Below are positions 24,171 through 36,719 of a DNA stretch of 64,000 nt, in pieces. The stretch is from Lama glama (lineage: Eukaryota): NCBI GenBank assembly GCA_028534125.1, contig CM052832.1, positions 20,772,001-20,836,000 on the forward strand, written 5' to 3'. The stretch's first letter is position 1, and each line of letters opens with the position of its first letter. A program made the translations under genes and the position numbers. The notes under the pieces were generated by a model that saw only the letters and a list, made by a program, of their open reading frames with translations, did not search any database and had not been told where the DNA came from.

Positions 24171-24908
24171 TACCCACCACACTCCCATTAGGATGGCTAT
24201 AATTTTTTAAAAAACACAGAAAATAACAAGTGTGTTGGAGGACGTGAAGAAATTAGGAAATCTTATGCACTGTTGGTGCAAATGTAAAGTGGTGCAGACA
24301 CTAAGAAAAACAAGCATGGCAGTTCCACAAAAAATTAAAAACAGAATTACCACATTATCCAGCACCATTTCTGGATATAAATCAAAGAACTGAAAGCAGG
24401 ATCTCAAAGATATTCGTATTCTCTTGTTCATAGCAGCATTATTCACAATAGCCATAAGGTGGAAACAACCCAAGTGTCCATCAACAGACGAATGGATAAA
24501 CTAAATGGGACATATACACAGAATGGAATACTATTCAACCTAAAGAGAAAGAAATTCTGACACAAGCTAGGATAAAGATGGACCTTGAAAACATTATGCT
24601 AAGTGGAATAAGGCAATCCCAAAAGGACAAATACCGTATGATTCCACTTACATGAGATAGGTAAAGTAGCTAATTCAAATTCATTGAGAGATAAAGTGCA
24701 ATGATGGTTTCCAGGGGCCAGGGGCCAGGGGGCTGAGGAGTTATTGTCAAGGGGTACAGAGTTTCAGTTCTGCAACATGAAAAGAGCTCTGGAGATAAAT
24801 GGTATTGCTGGTTGCACAACACTGTCAATGTATTTAATACCACTGAACTGTGTACTTAAAAATAATTAAAATGGTAAATTTTAAGTTATATATACTTTGC
24901 CACAATTC
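24171..24908 (+). mobile_element. L1MB-type 3' fragment
   Basis: cccattaggatggctataat..aacaacccaagtgtccatcaacagacgaatggataaac..ccactgaactgtgtacttaaaa. Confidence 0.9.
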
Positions 24909-24934
24909 ATATTTACACACACACACACAGAGTT

Positions 24935-25160
24935 CCTAGTGGGTGTCCAGCATTGGACTAAGCATTTTGTATGAGTTGCTTCACTTAATCTTCACAACGA
25001 CCCTGAGAGATATTACTGTCATCACCATTTTGCAGATGTGGAAACTGAAGCTGAGTGATTAAATGATTTTTTCAAGATCACATAAATAGGAAGCAGAAGC
25101 TCCTGGATGCAAACCTAGGTCTCCAAGCCCCAGGGCTCATAGGAGTCTGCACCATATTCT
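24935..25160 (-). mobile_element. MIR SINE
   Basis: ttaatcttcacaacgaccctgag..ccattttgcagatgtggaaactgaagct. Confidence 0.85.
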
Positions 25161-25389
25161 ACTATCTCATGACCTGGGCTGTTTGGTGATATCTAATGTC
25201 ATCTTGTTACACTGAGCAAACCAAGACTTTTAATCATTCAAATTTGCTAAGGTTGGTCTATAACTCTGGACTAGCAGTAGGGCGTTTAGAGCTATCTATC
25301 ATTTTCTGTCTCTCAAAGAGCGTAGTTCTTGTGGCTTATGGTGATTCAGATCCACGATATATTTTTGGTTAATATGAGAGTTCAGAATT

Positions 25390-25560
25390 ACCATTCATTG
25401 GGGAAATACTATATTTTAGGTTTGTTTTAGGTACTCTGCATGTTTACTACAATACTTAACAACATTCCTACATGGTAACATTCTTTCATTTATAAGATTA
25501 AAGGTACTGAGGCTTTGTGAAGTACCTGGGTCATATAACTAGAAAAAGTGTGAGGTGAAT
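25390..25560 (-). mobile_element. Degenerate MIR
   Basis: aacaacattcctac..ttcatttataagattaaaggtactgaggct. Confidence 0.5.
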
Positions 25561-26599
25561 CTCAATTTGTTGAAATCCAAAATGTTTTCTCTCTTCTCCA
25601 ATCTTCAATGGGCATATAGGCAACTTAGTTTCCTATTCCTAAATTTGGACTTGGTCTCAAGTATGAAGATACATCATGGAAAACAAAAACATTGAAGAAA
25701 ACATTTTTTTGTCAGTTATCTTACCAGTAAAAATAGGAAGTTGGATTCATGAACTCTCAATTGTGACCTTTTCCAAATCTCTAATTCTATAATACAACTG
25801 CATTAAGGTGAGAAGCCTCATCAGAAAGATTGAGATTGAGCATAATTCAGAGAAGCAATAAGATTCCTTGCAACTCTGAGGTCTTACCATAGCTTAATAG
25901 GTCTTGCCTTAGTTCAGCCTCTTAAATATTACTTTTCACATAACATGCTTATGACAGTATTTATTATTAATGATCATCTATGAGTTATGAAGGATAAAGT
26001 CATGTGAATGGAATCCAAATGTCAAAGAACAGTCTCTCAGAAGCAACTGAACCTCATCCAACTGTAGCATAACTTTGGGAATGAGCTGGAGAGTAAGTCT
26101 GGAGGAAATGCTTTGGTTGAGCTAGTGATTTAATCTCTAAGAAGCGCCACCAGAAATGTAAATCGAGGAAAGAAGGGGGAAAAAATTAAGATGTCTCCAT
26201 GGTCAGTCTCACAATAGGTCAGCTGTATGTATAACCCTGAACGTTAAATCAGGTGAATTCTGAAGGCTTGGATGCAGGTAATTTCTTCATCTAACATTTC
26301 CTGGCTCCTGGGTGTTGGCAAACTTAGGTTTGTGAGAGGTCATATGTGTTGAACTCCTGTCAAACTTTCTAGGAAAGGTAAAAGTCAATAATTTTCATCT
26401 TAATCTTGAGGCCACACTGTGTTCGGGTGGGAAATCTACTCCATGTGTTTATGATACTATCTTACATAAGTTCTTAAAAGGTTTCTTCACGAGAACTCTG
26501 AGGTTTCCAAATCTTCTTGGCCTCTTAGGATTAGCTTGTTTTAACCATTAAATTACAAATAAGAATATTACTAGTAAAAAAAATGAAAATAAAAAAATA

Positions 26600-26815
26600 A
26601 AAACAGTGACTCTGATTGAGGGTCTAATATATGCCAGCCACCTCATTCAAATTCTCACCACCAGCCAGCAGACTGGATGACACTGTCCCCATTTTTCAGA
26701 TGCTTAAGTACTAATGGATAAATGACTTCCTCAAATGTGTCCAGCTGTCATATGACCTCAGCTGAGTATATCTGACTCCAAAACTCAAATCCTTTTACTA
26801 CTCCGCACTGCTTCT
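26600..26815 (-). mobile_element. MIR SINE
   Basis: gtccccatttttcagatg..tctgactccaaaactc. Confidence 0.65.
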
Positions 26816-27529
26816 AAACCTGGTTTCTTTCTCCATCTCTGAAATGATAGGTATTCTGTCCAAAATGTGGAACATGCCCTTGTTTAGAAGGAAACGAAGC
26901 CAAGCAACACGTTGACTGTTACCTAGCCAGCGTCCCAGCTGTCCTTGCCAGCCGCAGTGATGTCATCATGCCATTCTCCTCTATAGAAAGGGCTCTTTAT
27001 GTGGGTCCTTTAAAACTGTAAACTAGTCATTCTGGGAAAGTCAAGCAGCTTGAATTCGTGCCTGTAAGCGTTTTTTGGAGGGTTTTTTTTTTTTTTAATG
27101 CCCATTACTTATGTTCCTTTCTCTTTAAAGTGAACTTGCCAAGCTGTTTTTGCAAGTATGCAGAATACTGCCACGGATTTAGTCCTTTCTAGAATGTAAA
27201 ATTTGAACTGTTTTCTGTGGAACTAGAAAATGCTTGTTTTGCTTGACACTTGGATGTTTTAAAGTTAAAATGAAAAAAAAATGATGCTAAATGAGCAAAA
27301 AGGCAAGAGAAAATCACCAGAGTTGCCTTAGCCTGACCTATCAGTTGTACCCTCACTCAAGTTTCTCTTATCTGTTATCTTAAGAAAAGAGAAATGAGAC
27401 TCACTCTTGGAAGACATACAAAATCAGCTTTTAAACATCTATATAATAAAATATGAACCACTACCAGTGAGTTCTCAAGTAGAAGAATTAAAAATATGAA
27501 AATGAAAATGCTAAAAGAAGCAAAAAATT

Positions 27530-27760
27530 ATGCTTATCTTTCTACTCTGTGCCAAGTATTCCACCAGGTGTTTTTATAAAGCATCTCTTTCTCAATGTAA
27601 CTTAATGAAATGGATTTTATTCTCATTTTATAGATGAAGCATCTGAGGTCTTAACAAGGTCATATGTCTTGGCCAAGGTCACACAAAAAGTAAATGGAAA
27701 ACCTAGAATCAGAATTAAGCTCCAACTCCAAAATTTATTCCTGTTTCGTTTTATTAAACT
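27530..27760 (-). mobile_element. MIR SINE
   Basis: attctcattttatagatgaagcatctgagg..ttggccaaggtcacaca. Confidence 0.75.
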
Positions 27761-29499
27761 GCCACCTTTAATTTTAAAATACATGCCTAAGTAGTCACTT
27801 AACTATATTTCCATCTCCTAATAACTATTGTAGGGAATTCTTATAGAGTAATTCATACAGCACTAGAACTTGCCAAGTAAATACATTTTTAATGACAATG
27901 ACCAAAGCGTACTCATGCAGTCATTTTAAACAGGTGAGGTGATCGTTATATTTCTACTGTTTAAACAAGGTTTCCATTCATTTAAGAAATATAACATGGC
28001 AGGATGCATGTTAGGAAGAGATAAGACATGCCTCTGAGCCAACATCCGATGGCGTGAAGGCAGAGACCCATGATGTGAGGGGAAAGACAGTGATGTAAAG
28101 TGTATTTTATCTCAAAGAAGCATATGCCTTGAGGTCCTTTCATTGGAAGCATTAAAGTTCAAGGAAAAAAAAACTACAGTCTTTCCCTTATTTTCCTCAT
28201 CAACCTACAATGATTTATCTTACTAGCCTTACACCATAAATAGAAAATATTAGTAAAATAACTGCACGAATAACTATTCCAAATAAATCAATAAAATATT
28301 ATCTATTTAATCACCGTGATTCCATTAATATGGAAATGAGTAACATTACACAGATCATTTGAATAAGTTATCATTTGAGTAAAATACAGACATGCTTCAT
28401 GATTTGGCATTTTTTCTTTTGTAAGAAAGAAGCATCAGTTGAAAAATTATAAGGACATAAACAAAACTGACCACATTAAGAAAAGAGGTGGTCCCAGAGT
28501 CTTTGTGAAAACACTCGGCTCATATTCCTGGTGCTGTTCCCTCTTCTGCCCATTTGGGAGCTCCAGTTCCACCATCCCCTGGCAGTGCCTTTTCCCCCAG
28601 AGATGCCACTAGCCCGGATTGATGTGAAAACCCACCCCATTACCACAGGGTGATGCAAATAGGGGAAAGTTCCTGTGCCTTGCATTTCTTGATTCTCTTA
28701 TTCCCTTAGAATGTGCCATTTCCAAGAACTATTCAGGTCAGCTATGTAAGTAAAATTCTATCCAGAACTCCCACTGTGACCCTACTCTGGGTTTGCCATC
28801 CCCGAAACTGAGAGCACATTAGCCCAAGGTAGTCCCCCTTCCATCCCGGCAAGCATGAAGAGTCAGATTCAAGGTTCTTTTCCAGTAAATCAGCACTCTA
28901 CCTCTTGTCCACCCCATAACTAGGAAGATTTGTTAGTTCCTCTTACTCATCAGTCTTCTTCCCACCAGGCAGCTTTGGCTGCCTCTAAAGTAGTCCTTCT
29001 GTTCAACTGGATTTTGGTCAGTCCACTCACCATGATGTTCAGCAAATGGCTTGGGTTGTCCCAGCTCCTCCCAGCAGAGTTGTGCTATAAGAAGCATTGC
29101 TTAAAATCTGTCAGCGAGCAATACTCCAGACTATCATGTGGAATCTCCTATCGTTTGATTTAATGAGGATGTTTTTCTAAGTGGCACCACTGCAACTGCC
29201 TGGAAAACTCAGGACTAATGGCTCTGACATGTGACAGCCAGGGACTGTGACACTACCATCTTCCTCTTGGCTCAGCTTCGGTCTGAGAGTTGAGTTTTAT
29301 GCTCTAGCCACTGATATCCTCCAGAACATGCTAAATTCTTTTCTGTGGATTCAATTTGAAATAATGCCAAATCATATTTATTTTTCCAAATGTGCTTTTA
29401 ATATCATATGTCAACTTAGAGCACAAAAATCTACCACACAGCCAAGATGATTACTGGGAAAAAAAATGTAAAGACATTGTATCATTCTACCAATCTATA

Positions 29500-29580
29500 C
29501 TAGTGCTTCTCAGCACTGAATGTGTTATCAGAATCATCTATGGGGTGTTTAAAAAATTTTAACTGCCTTGGCCCCAAGTT
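29500..29580. mobile_element. MER5-type fragment
   Basis: ctagtgcttctcagcactgaatgtg..cagaatcatctatggggtgtttaaaaa. Confidence 0.55.
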
Positions 29581-29934
29581 GCCTGTACTCTATCCCAATA
29601 TATCAGGCTATTTAAGATTTTTCTACGGTTCTGTTGCAATAATAAGATTAACTCTGAGGTCTAATAGGAATGTGGATAATTAAAAAATAACCCTGACCAC
29701 CTCCACTGTTTGAGTAACTGAGGTGGGGTGGATAACTTTAAATGTTACAGTAGCTCTGAAATAGATTCATATTCCAATCAGAGTATGTATGCCATTCCTG
29801 GTGGGGCCCAGTATAAGAGTTCCAGCTTATAAAGGGTTAAATGGAATAAACATCCATGTAAATGATAAGAAGACTGCTATCAGAATCTATCCTTTTTGAT
29901 AAGAGTTCTACTCCCCTATAGGTCATTGCCTGAG

Positions 29935-30040
29935 TTATGCTGGACTCTTTCAGGTTGCAAGAATTAGAAATACGCTCAACGTATTTTAAATGAAGGATAT
30001 AGTGGAAAGCTCTAAGGGAAAGGAAAGAAACTCCAAAAAC
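29935..30040 (-). mobile_element. Old MLT1 (J/K/L-like) LTR 3' end
   Basis: ggactctttcaggttgcaagaattagaaatacgctcaa. Confidence 0.55.
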
Positions 30041-30149
30041 TATCAGCGCAATGCCCATCAAAGATTGGAAACAGAAAGCTACTCGCAATTTGTTAGGGTT
30101 ATGGTATCTTAACACCAATTCTAGAATTCATCTCCTTTGAAAAGGATGA

Positions 30150-30635
30150 AATTGTGGTCCAGCCTGGAAAACAGAAATTACTCTAGGTATTTCAAGTAGA
30201 AGGAATTTAATAGAGGAATTGGTTCTACAAATGACAAAAGAGGTGATAGCCCTACAGGGGATGGCAGAGCTCATTAAAAAGAGCAATAATCTGCTATTAC
30301 CCTGAGGACGGGAGGAACAAAGGGGGAGAATGGTGCTACTAGAATCCACAAAGCATGGCTACCTGAGGCAAAAATGGAACCTGCCTCATGGGAGCTGGGA
30401 CTTTCAAAGGAGACCCTTTCAGGCAGAATCGGAATCAGGAAGGTAATACAGTCTCGCCCAAGACATCAGTGGAGATAAGAGTTGGGGAAATGCCCTGGTT
30501 TTCTGCCTTTTTCCTGTAGTCAAATCACTTTACCAGTGCCTTCCACTGGCTTAATGTAACTGGAAGTTAGTAGCACAGATCAATGCAGGGGAGGCTTAGA
30601 GAAAGAATCAGAGGGCAAAGAGGCCACTTTTAGCA
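30150..30635 (-). mobile_element. ERVL LTR (LTR33-like)
   Basis: ggtccagcctggaaaacagaaattactctaggtatttcaa..ggaatttaatagaggaattggtt..cagtgccttccactggct. Confidence 0.6.
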
Positions 30636-30737
30636 TAGGGGGCATCATGATTCCCAGCGCCACCACTGCACCATGTTTATGATTCAGCACTTCTGTCTCT
30701 GCTTTACCTTCTATTTCTAACTTCTGTCTCTTTGTAG

Positions 30738-30833
30738 GCTATGAAGTCAAACCCACCGAAAGAAAGAGCATGTTTGGCTTGATTTTCCCCTGCTCAACTG
30801 AAATCAATGCTATTAAGGAGAATTCTCCCAAAG
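30738..30833 (+). other. Candidate 96-nt exon (unverified)
   Basis: ctaac branch point, pyrimidine tract, tttgtag|GCTATG...CCCAAAG|gtgagc. Confidence 0.3.
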
Positions 30834-31007
30834 GTGAGCCCCCTTCATGACTATCTCTGATTCAGCCACTGAATCTATATTTCTTAGTAAAGGCACATAG
30901 TAAAAACTAAGACAACTAGGACAAAAGAAAACATCTGAAGCGAATTTTCTCAGGAGGGAGACATATTACAACTATAGAGTACTTTGCGTTTTTTCAGAAA
31001 TGGTCAG

Positions 31008-31373
31008 TGTTACGAATTGAATTGTGTCCCCTCCAAAATTCATATATTGAAGTCCTAACCCCCATTACCTCAAAATGGGACTGTATGTAGAGACAGGATC
31101 TTTAAAGAGGAAATGAAAATGAGGTCATTACGGTGGGCTCTAATCCAGCATGACTGGGGTCCTTATAAGAAGATATTAGGACACACAGAGAGAAGATCAC
31201 ATGAGGACACAGGGAGAAGGTGGCCATGTACAAACCAAGGAAAGAGGCCTCGGGAGGCCTACCAACACCTTGATCTCAAACTTGCAGGCACCAGGATTTC
31301 GAGAAAATACATTTCTGTTGTTAAAGCCACCCAATCTGCAGTACATTATTACGGTCACCCTGGCAAACTAACA
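31008..31373 (+). mobile_element. MLT1B-like MaLR solo LTR
   Basis: TGTTACGAATTGAATTGTGTCCCC..aaactaACA; flanks gtcag/gtctg (5-bp TSD with 1 mismatch). Confidence 0.92.
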
Positions 31374-31490
31374 GTCTGCAGAGTAGACTGAGCCATATGC
31401 CTGCATCGTCGACATTTTGAAGTTCAGTGGTGTGTTCATTGCATTTAGTAGTGGCGGCCTCAGTCACTCATCCTCTTTAACTGTGGCCTT

Positions 31491-31872
31491 CGTGCTGGCG
31501 AGCTAGGGATGCCATCGTAACAAAATACCACAGACTGGGCAGCTCAAACAACACAAATCGATCTTCTCGTGGTTCTGGCAACTAGAATTTCTAGATGTAG
31601 GGGTTGGCAGAATTGGTTTCTCCTGAGACTTCTCTCCTTGGCTTGCATATCAGTGCCTTCTTGCTGTGGTCCTCATATGGCACTTTCTCTGTGCACATCT
31701 CTGATGTCTCTTCCTCTTCATAAAAGGATACCAGTCATATTGGAAAAGGGCCCACCTTTATGACCTCATTTAATCTTAATTACCTCTTTAAAGGTACTGT
31801 CTCTAAACAGTCACACAGAGGGGTAGAGCTTCAACACCTGAATTTTGCAGAGAAACAATTCAGTCCAGAACA
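31491..31872 (-). mobile_element. MLT1B-like MaLR solo LTR
   Basis: aacaaaataccacagactggg..atgacctcatttaatcttaattacctctttaaagg..acaattcagtccagaaca. Confidence 0.9.
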
Positions 31873-32284
31873 CTCTTCAAACATATTTTTTTTCTACTTA
31901 TACTTGTAACAAATGAAAACATTTCCACTTCAGCTGGGCTGGTCTGGAGACCTAGCTGGGACTCCTCTCCTGAGTGTCATTAAGCCGATCATAAACACTT
32001 TGATACTTCTCTAAAATCCAAACCCTTATCTCAACAGGTTATTGGGGAAATCTGATCAGATTGTTAGCAAGTGTATTTTATAAATAGTAGAGTATTATCA
32101 TCAATAGACCCATTGTCTGTGTACCTGCCAATTCCTGCTGGTGTGAGAACTGTATCTTTCTGGATGGCATCTTTCGGGCAAGCACCAGGTCTAGCCTATT
32201 CTTTCCCCAAAGACACATTGCCTGGGTTGCATTTTCCACTGTGCCTGGGTTTTGCTTGCCCTTTCTTCTCCATTATTTCCAAGG

Positions 32285-32438
32285 TCACAACTATTCAGTT
32301 TTCTAACTGTAAAATAAAGGCAATACCACTACCTAGCTCACAGGGTGTTGTGAGGATTAAGTAGCTGCGAAACACTCAAACGGTGTCTGATACATATTCC
32401 GTGCTATAAAACGGTCTGCTATTAATATTATTATTAGA
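32285..32438 (+). mobile_element. MIR 3' half
   Basis: tcagttttctaactgtaaaat..cacagggtgttgtgaggattaa. Confidence 0.8.
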
Positions 32439-32460
32439 ATTACAGGTCAGTATTTTTTCT

Positions 32461-32916
32461 GTGTTAAGATGCTGTTGCTGCTCTGATTCCTCAGTACCAG
32501 GATTATGCACCCACTGCCCAGCTGCTGCAGGTACTAGCGGACAAGGGTTCTTATCCCTAACTTCCTACAGAAGATTGCCCGTGGCTGTGGGACTCAACCC
32601 TGCAGAAGATATCTGAGAGGCTATGTCCCTTCCCCTGGAGCCACAGCAATGACTGGCTAGTGCAAAAGGTAAGACCACCCAGTCCCCTCTTCTCTGAGAA
32701 GGAAAGCTCTGCTGTATGACTCTCTCTGCAGGGTTCTGCAAAGAGAACAATCTGTGGCTGGACGCTTTCTGAAACCATGCATTTGCTTAGCCTCTTGCCC
32801 TGTCCTACCCCATTTCCCTCACTCGCCTGCAGGGTCCTCCTGAGTGCATCACCTGAATTACTCACTTGCACATTTCCTACATCAGATTCAGAATCTAAAG
32901 AAAACAGCCTAAGAGA
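32461..32916 (+). mobile_element. LTR16-family ERVL LTR
   Basis: agaagattgcccgtggctgtggga..cccttcccctggagccac..cacttgcacatttcc..cagcctaagaga. Confidence 0.75.
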
Positions 32917-33744
32917 CTCGCCTAAGCAAAAAGTGGATTTTAGACTTAGACTATTTCTTACTTATTTTCTTTTCTCTGCCATGGTATCTAACAATACCAG
33001 CCTCATATTAGGTGCTTACACAAATGATTTCTGGTTGATTGGCTTAAACATCCACAATCAAAATATCTACAGGATAAAGAGCATTAAAACTTCAGTTTTA
33101 AAGACCCAGAGACCAAGAATGTAGATACAAAACACAGAAACCATGCAATGGAAAAATCTGTTCCTCTGTCTTAACAACATTTGTAAATCAGAGTTTGCTG
33201 AGAGCATTGAGTGGTATTGAATGTGAGCTCCGCCAAAATGATAGGATCAAAAGTGTCATTTGGTAACTGCATACGCACCCAGAGAGAACATGAGGAAAAC
33301 TGTCACTGAATACTGTCATATGCTTTGGGGATGGATTGTGTCATCCGAGTGACAGCATATCCTGCAGAAGAGGCCTCTGAGGAAGTCAGAGGACAGGTCT
33401 TTATCTTTTCAGACCTTCTGAGATTACAGGAGCAAGTTTCAATTAAAGGCAATAGAAGAATGAGAGCACCTTGCACTACAGTGAACAACCAGAAGTTTCT
33501 ATCTTTATTATGTATTATGTTTTATATCATAATTAAAGAAAAGCTAAATATGATCCAAAGATAGAGACAGCCCTAAGCATCTACAGGAGAATCAGCTTGG
33601 CCCTTATCCTCACAGCTTTACCATTATGATCACATGAAGTCACATATGAAAGTACTTTGTAAGCAGTAATATATTACGTGATTATGTGGTACTAAATCAT
33701 TATTATTAACGTTAATAAAAAAATACATTCCCCATAGGTATACT

Positions 33745-33885
33745 TAAGTGTTTTAGTTACCTATAATGAAAAAGAACATGAAAATGAGTATACGTATGTG
33801 TATCTATGACTGAAACATTATTTCGTATACCAGAAATCAACACAACATTGTAAACTTCCTATACTTCAATGAAAAAAAAAAAAAA
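33745..33885 (+). mobile_element. Short lineage-specific L1 3' end with poly(A)
   Basis: Same tail as 21990-22120: acctataatgaaaaagaa..atgactgaaaca..ctatacttcaat then A-tail. Confidence 0.88.
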
Positions 33886-33894
33886 CACCTTATA

Positions 33895-33985
33895 TGGAAC
33901 CAAAGAACTTGTATTTTTAACAAGTTCCAAGGTGATACTAGTGCTGCTGCTCCTAGGACCTCCTTTGGAAAGGACTCCTCTAGAA
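33895..33985. mobile_element. MER5-type fragment
   Basis: tgtatttttaacaagttccaaggtgatactagtgctgctg. Confidence 0.7.
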
Positions 33986-34559
33986 GAGGTTAATGAAAAA
34001 GTGAAAGTGATTAACAGACAAAGAAAACCAAATGTGAAAGCCAGAGGTGGTCCCTCTGTGGTCCCTCACTAATAGACCATTTCCCATAACAGGAGAAAAA
34101 AAAGAAAGAAAGAAAGAAAATGGACTAGATTCTGGCTCAATACTCAGGACAACCAAACTCTAGAGAAGGAAAATACCCTACCCGCCCAACGCAGGCTGTT
34201 AGATGAAGATCAGGACCTGTTGGGACAATGGGACCTTCTCATCTGAGATGGGGCCCATTTGGGAAAAGGACTCTCCAAATTTTGAACCCCAGAGGGCTCT
34301 GCAACTTTGGAGCCTACAAAAGTGGCCCTCACATTCCTATTAAAAGCTGGCATTCTTCCCTTGATTCAAAATAATGCAGAGACCTCTTGCCTGCAAAATA
34401 ACATGTGGCCCCCACAATGTACAATCCATGGACGCTGATCCCTAAAAATAGCCAGACTGCCCAACCCCATCTCAGCATCATCTTCTGAACCCAACGATGA
34501 CTGTGGGCCTCTAGCTGGTGATGACTGGAACCAGAAACACCATAGCATTAAGAATCTTC

Positions 34560-34900
34560 CAATATTTTCTGTCTTTCTCTGCCTATTAGCTTAATTCTCT
34601 CCCACCAAAGATGTAGTTTCTCAATCCTGTCTGTGGACAACACAGCCATGGAAACATTAGATTCCTATGATAGAAATTCTGTGACCAAAGAATCTAAGAG
34701 GTATCTTTTCAGGTCCAATTTGAAAAAATCCAGAGAAGGACCCTCACTGATCTGGTTTTGTTAGTGTGCTCACATCTTGGACTAATCACTGTGCCCAGAG
34801 CCAAAAACAAACCAAAAAAACCCACACACAACTACAGCATCCTGGGTCAAGTCCTCATTCCTGGGACCAGGGAGCCAAGGACTATCACTAGAAGAAAGGA
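34560..34900 (-). mobile_element. Old MLT1 LTR remnant
   Basis: ctcactgatctggttttg..gtgctcacatcttggactaatcactgtgcccag. Confidence 0.5.
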
Positions 34901-35097
34901 GAGAAGGTGTAGAATGAATAAAAACAATAGTAAGCCATTTTTTAATGTGACTGATACTAATTCATACCAGAATCCTTCCATGTGTCCTCAATTATTTTGA
35001 TAGCTTAAAAAGGTGTGTGGGAGGGTGGAGAAAAGAAAGAAGAAAAAAGTGACTATTTCTTCACAAATTTTCCAGTCAGATTGGGTACGAAATCAAA

Positions 35098-35670
35098 AGT
35101 CAGTAATTAATCTTGGTTGCAACAGACAGAAATCTAAGCTCAAACAAACATAAGCAAAAACTGGAATTTATTGGGAGGCTCAAGTAACTGCAGGAAGTAG
35201 AGTGATTCAGCTGGCCACGGACTCCAGCCCCACCAAGGCCATCTCTTTCATCTCTTGCCTTGGCTTCTCATTGTGTCACATCACACTCTCGTACCAACTT
35301 TCTCCACTTATCAGGAAACAATAGACTGTGAAGCCACCTGCTTCCTATTTCCCTTCATCGCAAGTGAGGAAATGCCTTTCTCCCCCCATCTTTAGCCTGA
35401 ACAATTATAGGAAAAATGTTGATGGCCCAGTTTGGTCACATGCCTGTCTCTGGGACCAATCACGCATAATCAGGAGAAAAGACTCTTGAGGCTGGAGCAG
35501 CTTGATTTCATAACCATTATGAAAGAGAAGATGAAGTATTTAAGAACAGGGAAGAACCAAGAGAATTACAAGGCTGGGGAGGGAACAACAGCAGTTTTCA
35601 CAAGAGGGACAGCACATCCTAACAAAACCAGAAGGATACTACACAGAGAAAACAAAGGACCCCACTTCAG
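35098..35670 (-). mobile_element. Old MLT1 (K/L-like) LTR
   Basis: cttggttgcaacagacagaaatctaagctcaaac..ggcccagtttggtcacatgcctgtctctgggaccaatcac. Confidence 0.7.
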
Positions 35671-35839
35671 AGAACATATGTGCAGGGTTTGCTTTCTCTG
35701 CGAGGAAAGTCACATGCACAAGTTTGCAAAGTTTATACTACAAAAGGAAGGCATAAGTTCCCATCCAATTTCAACCATGTTTGAAAAGATGGGCGCGGGG
35801 CGGGGGGAGAGGTTGTAGGAAGTAAGTACCTAAAAGGAC

Positions 35840-35975
35840 CCTCACAAACCACTAAATTCAACCTTATTACGTATTTGGATGAGGCAGCTGAAGTCCGCAG
35901 ACAAGGGACTCATTCAAAACCACTGCCTGGTGGCAGGTACCATGACTTCTAGTCCAGGGCTCTTCCCACTATGTT
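35840..35975 (-). mobile_element. MIR fragment
   Basis: gatgaggcagctgaagtcc..gacttctagtccagggctcttcccacta. Confidence 0.6.
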
Positions 35976-36719
35976 GCAAGAGCCCATCCGAACCTAGTTA
36001 GTACTAATACCGCCAAGATTCTGGATAATTATTGACCATATTCCTTGATTTTCAGAGCTGCTACAATTTTAAATGATCTTCTCTGCTCACAAAAGTTTTT
36101 CAGTAAAGCCAATAAATAAAATCTAAAATATTAGAGGAGAGTAGGTACCAACATAAATTTTTCAAAATTTATATTGAACTTAGCTTAAGCTTTAAGTGTA
36201 ACACACTGTACCCAGCCTTAATTATTTAAATGATAATCTAATTATTTAAATTGTAATCTGTCTCAAAACTATTGACTCATGGATTTTATACTCTTTGTAT
36301 GCATTCCCCTAGAGCTGTGGGGAAAATTTGGCAAAAGAGAGAACGAAAAATGAGAACCGTATCTTTGTTCAGAAAGAGAAATGAGAAGGCCTTTAAAATA
36401 AAACTTAGAAAAAGTTAACTTGATCCTAGTCTCTGACAGAAGAAATGAAACAAGTTCACCTAAGTTCAATCTTAATGCTTTTGAAATTAATTATGAGTAT
36501 AATTGGTCTCTCCCCTTCTCTCAGAGTATTCATATGTCTTAAAAACTCAAACAGAATGACTGAAATATTTTAGGGACCCACTGTACAGTTTGTATGGCAA
36601 AACTTATCTTCCTGCACTTCAATTTATAGAATGAAAAGCAAAATAAAGTACAGTGGTACTCTGTGTTCTTTATGATGAGTTTTTCCATAATTGTGCCTCT
36701 ACTCTAGATCTTGACTATC

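Noticed and set aside
28480..29250. Possible ancient ERVL/Gypsy LTR
   Set aside because: Suggestive composition and a TG..CA-like end only; family motifs not confirmed
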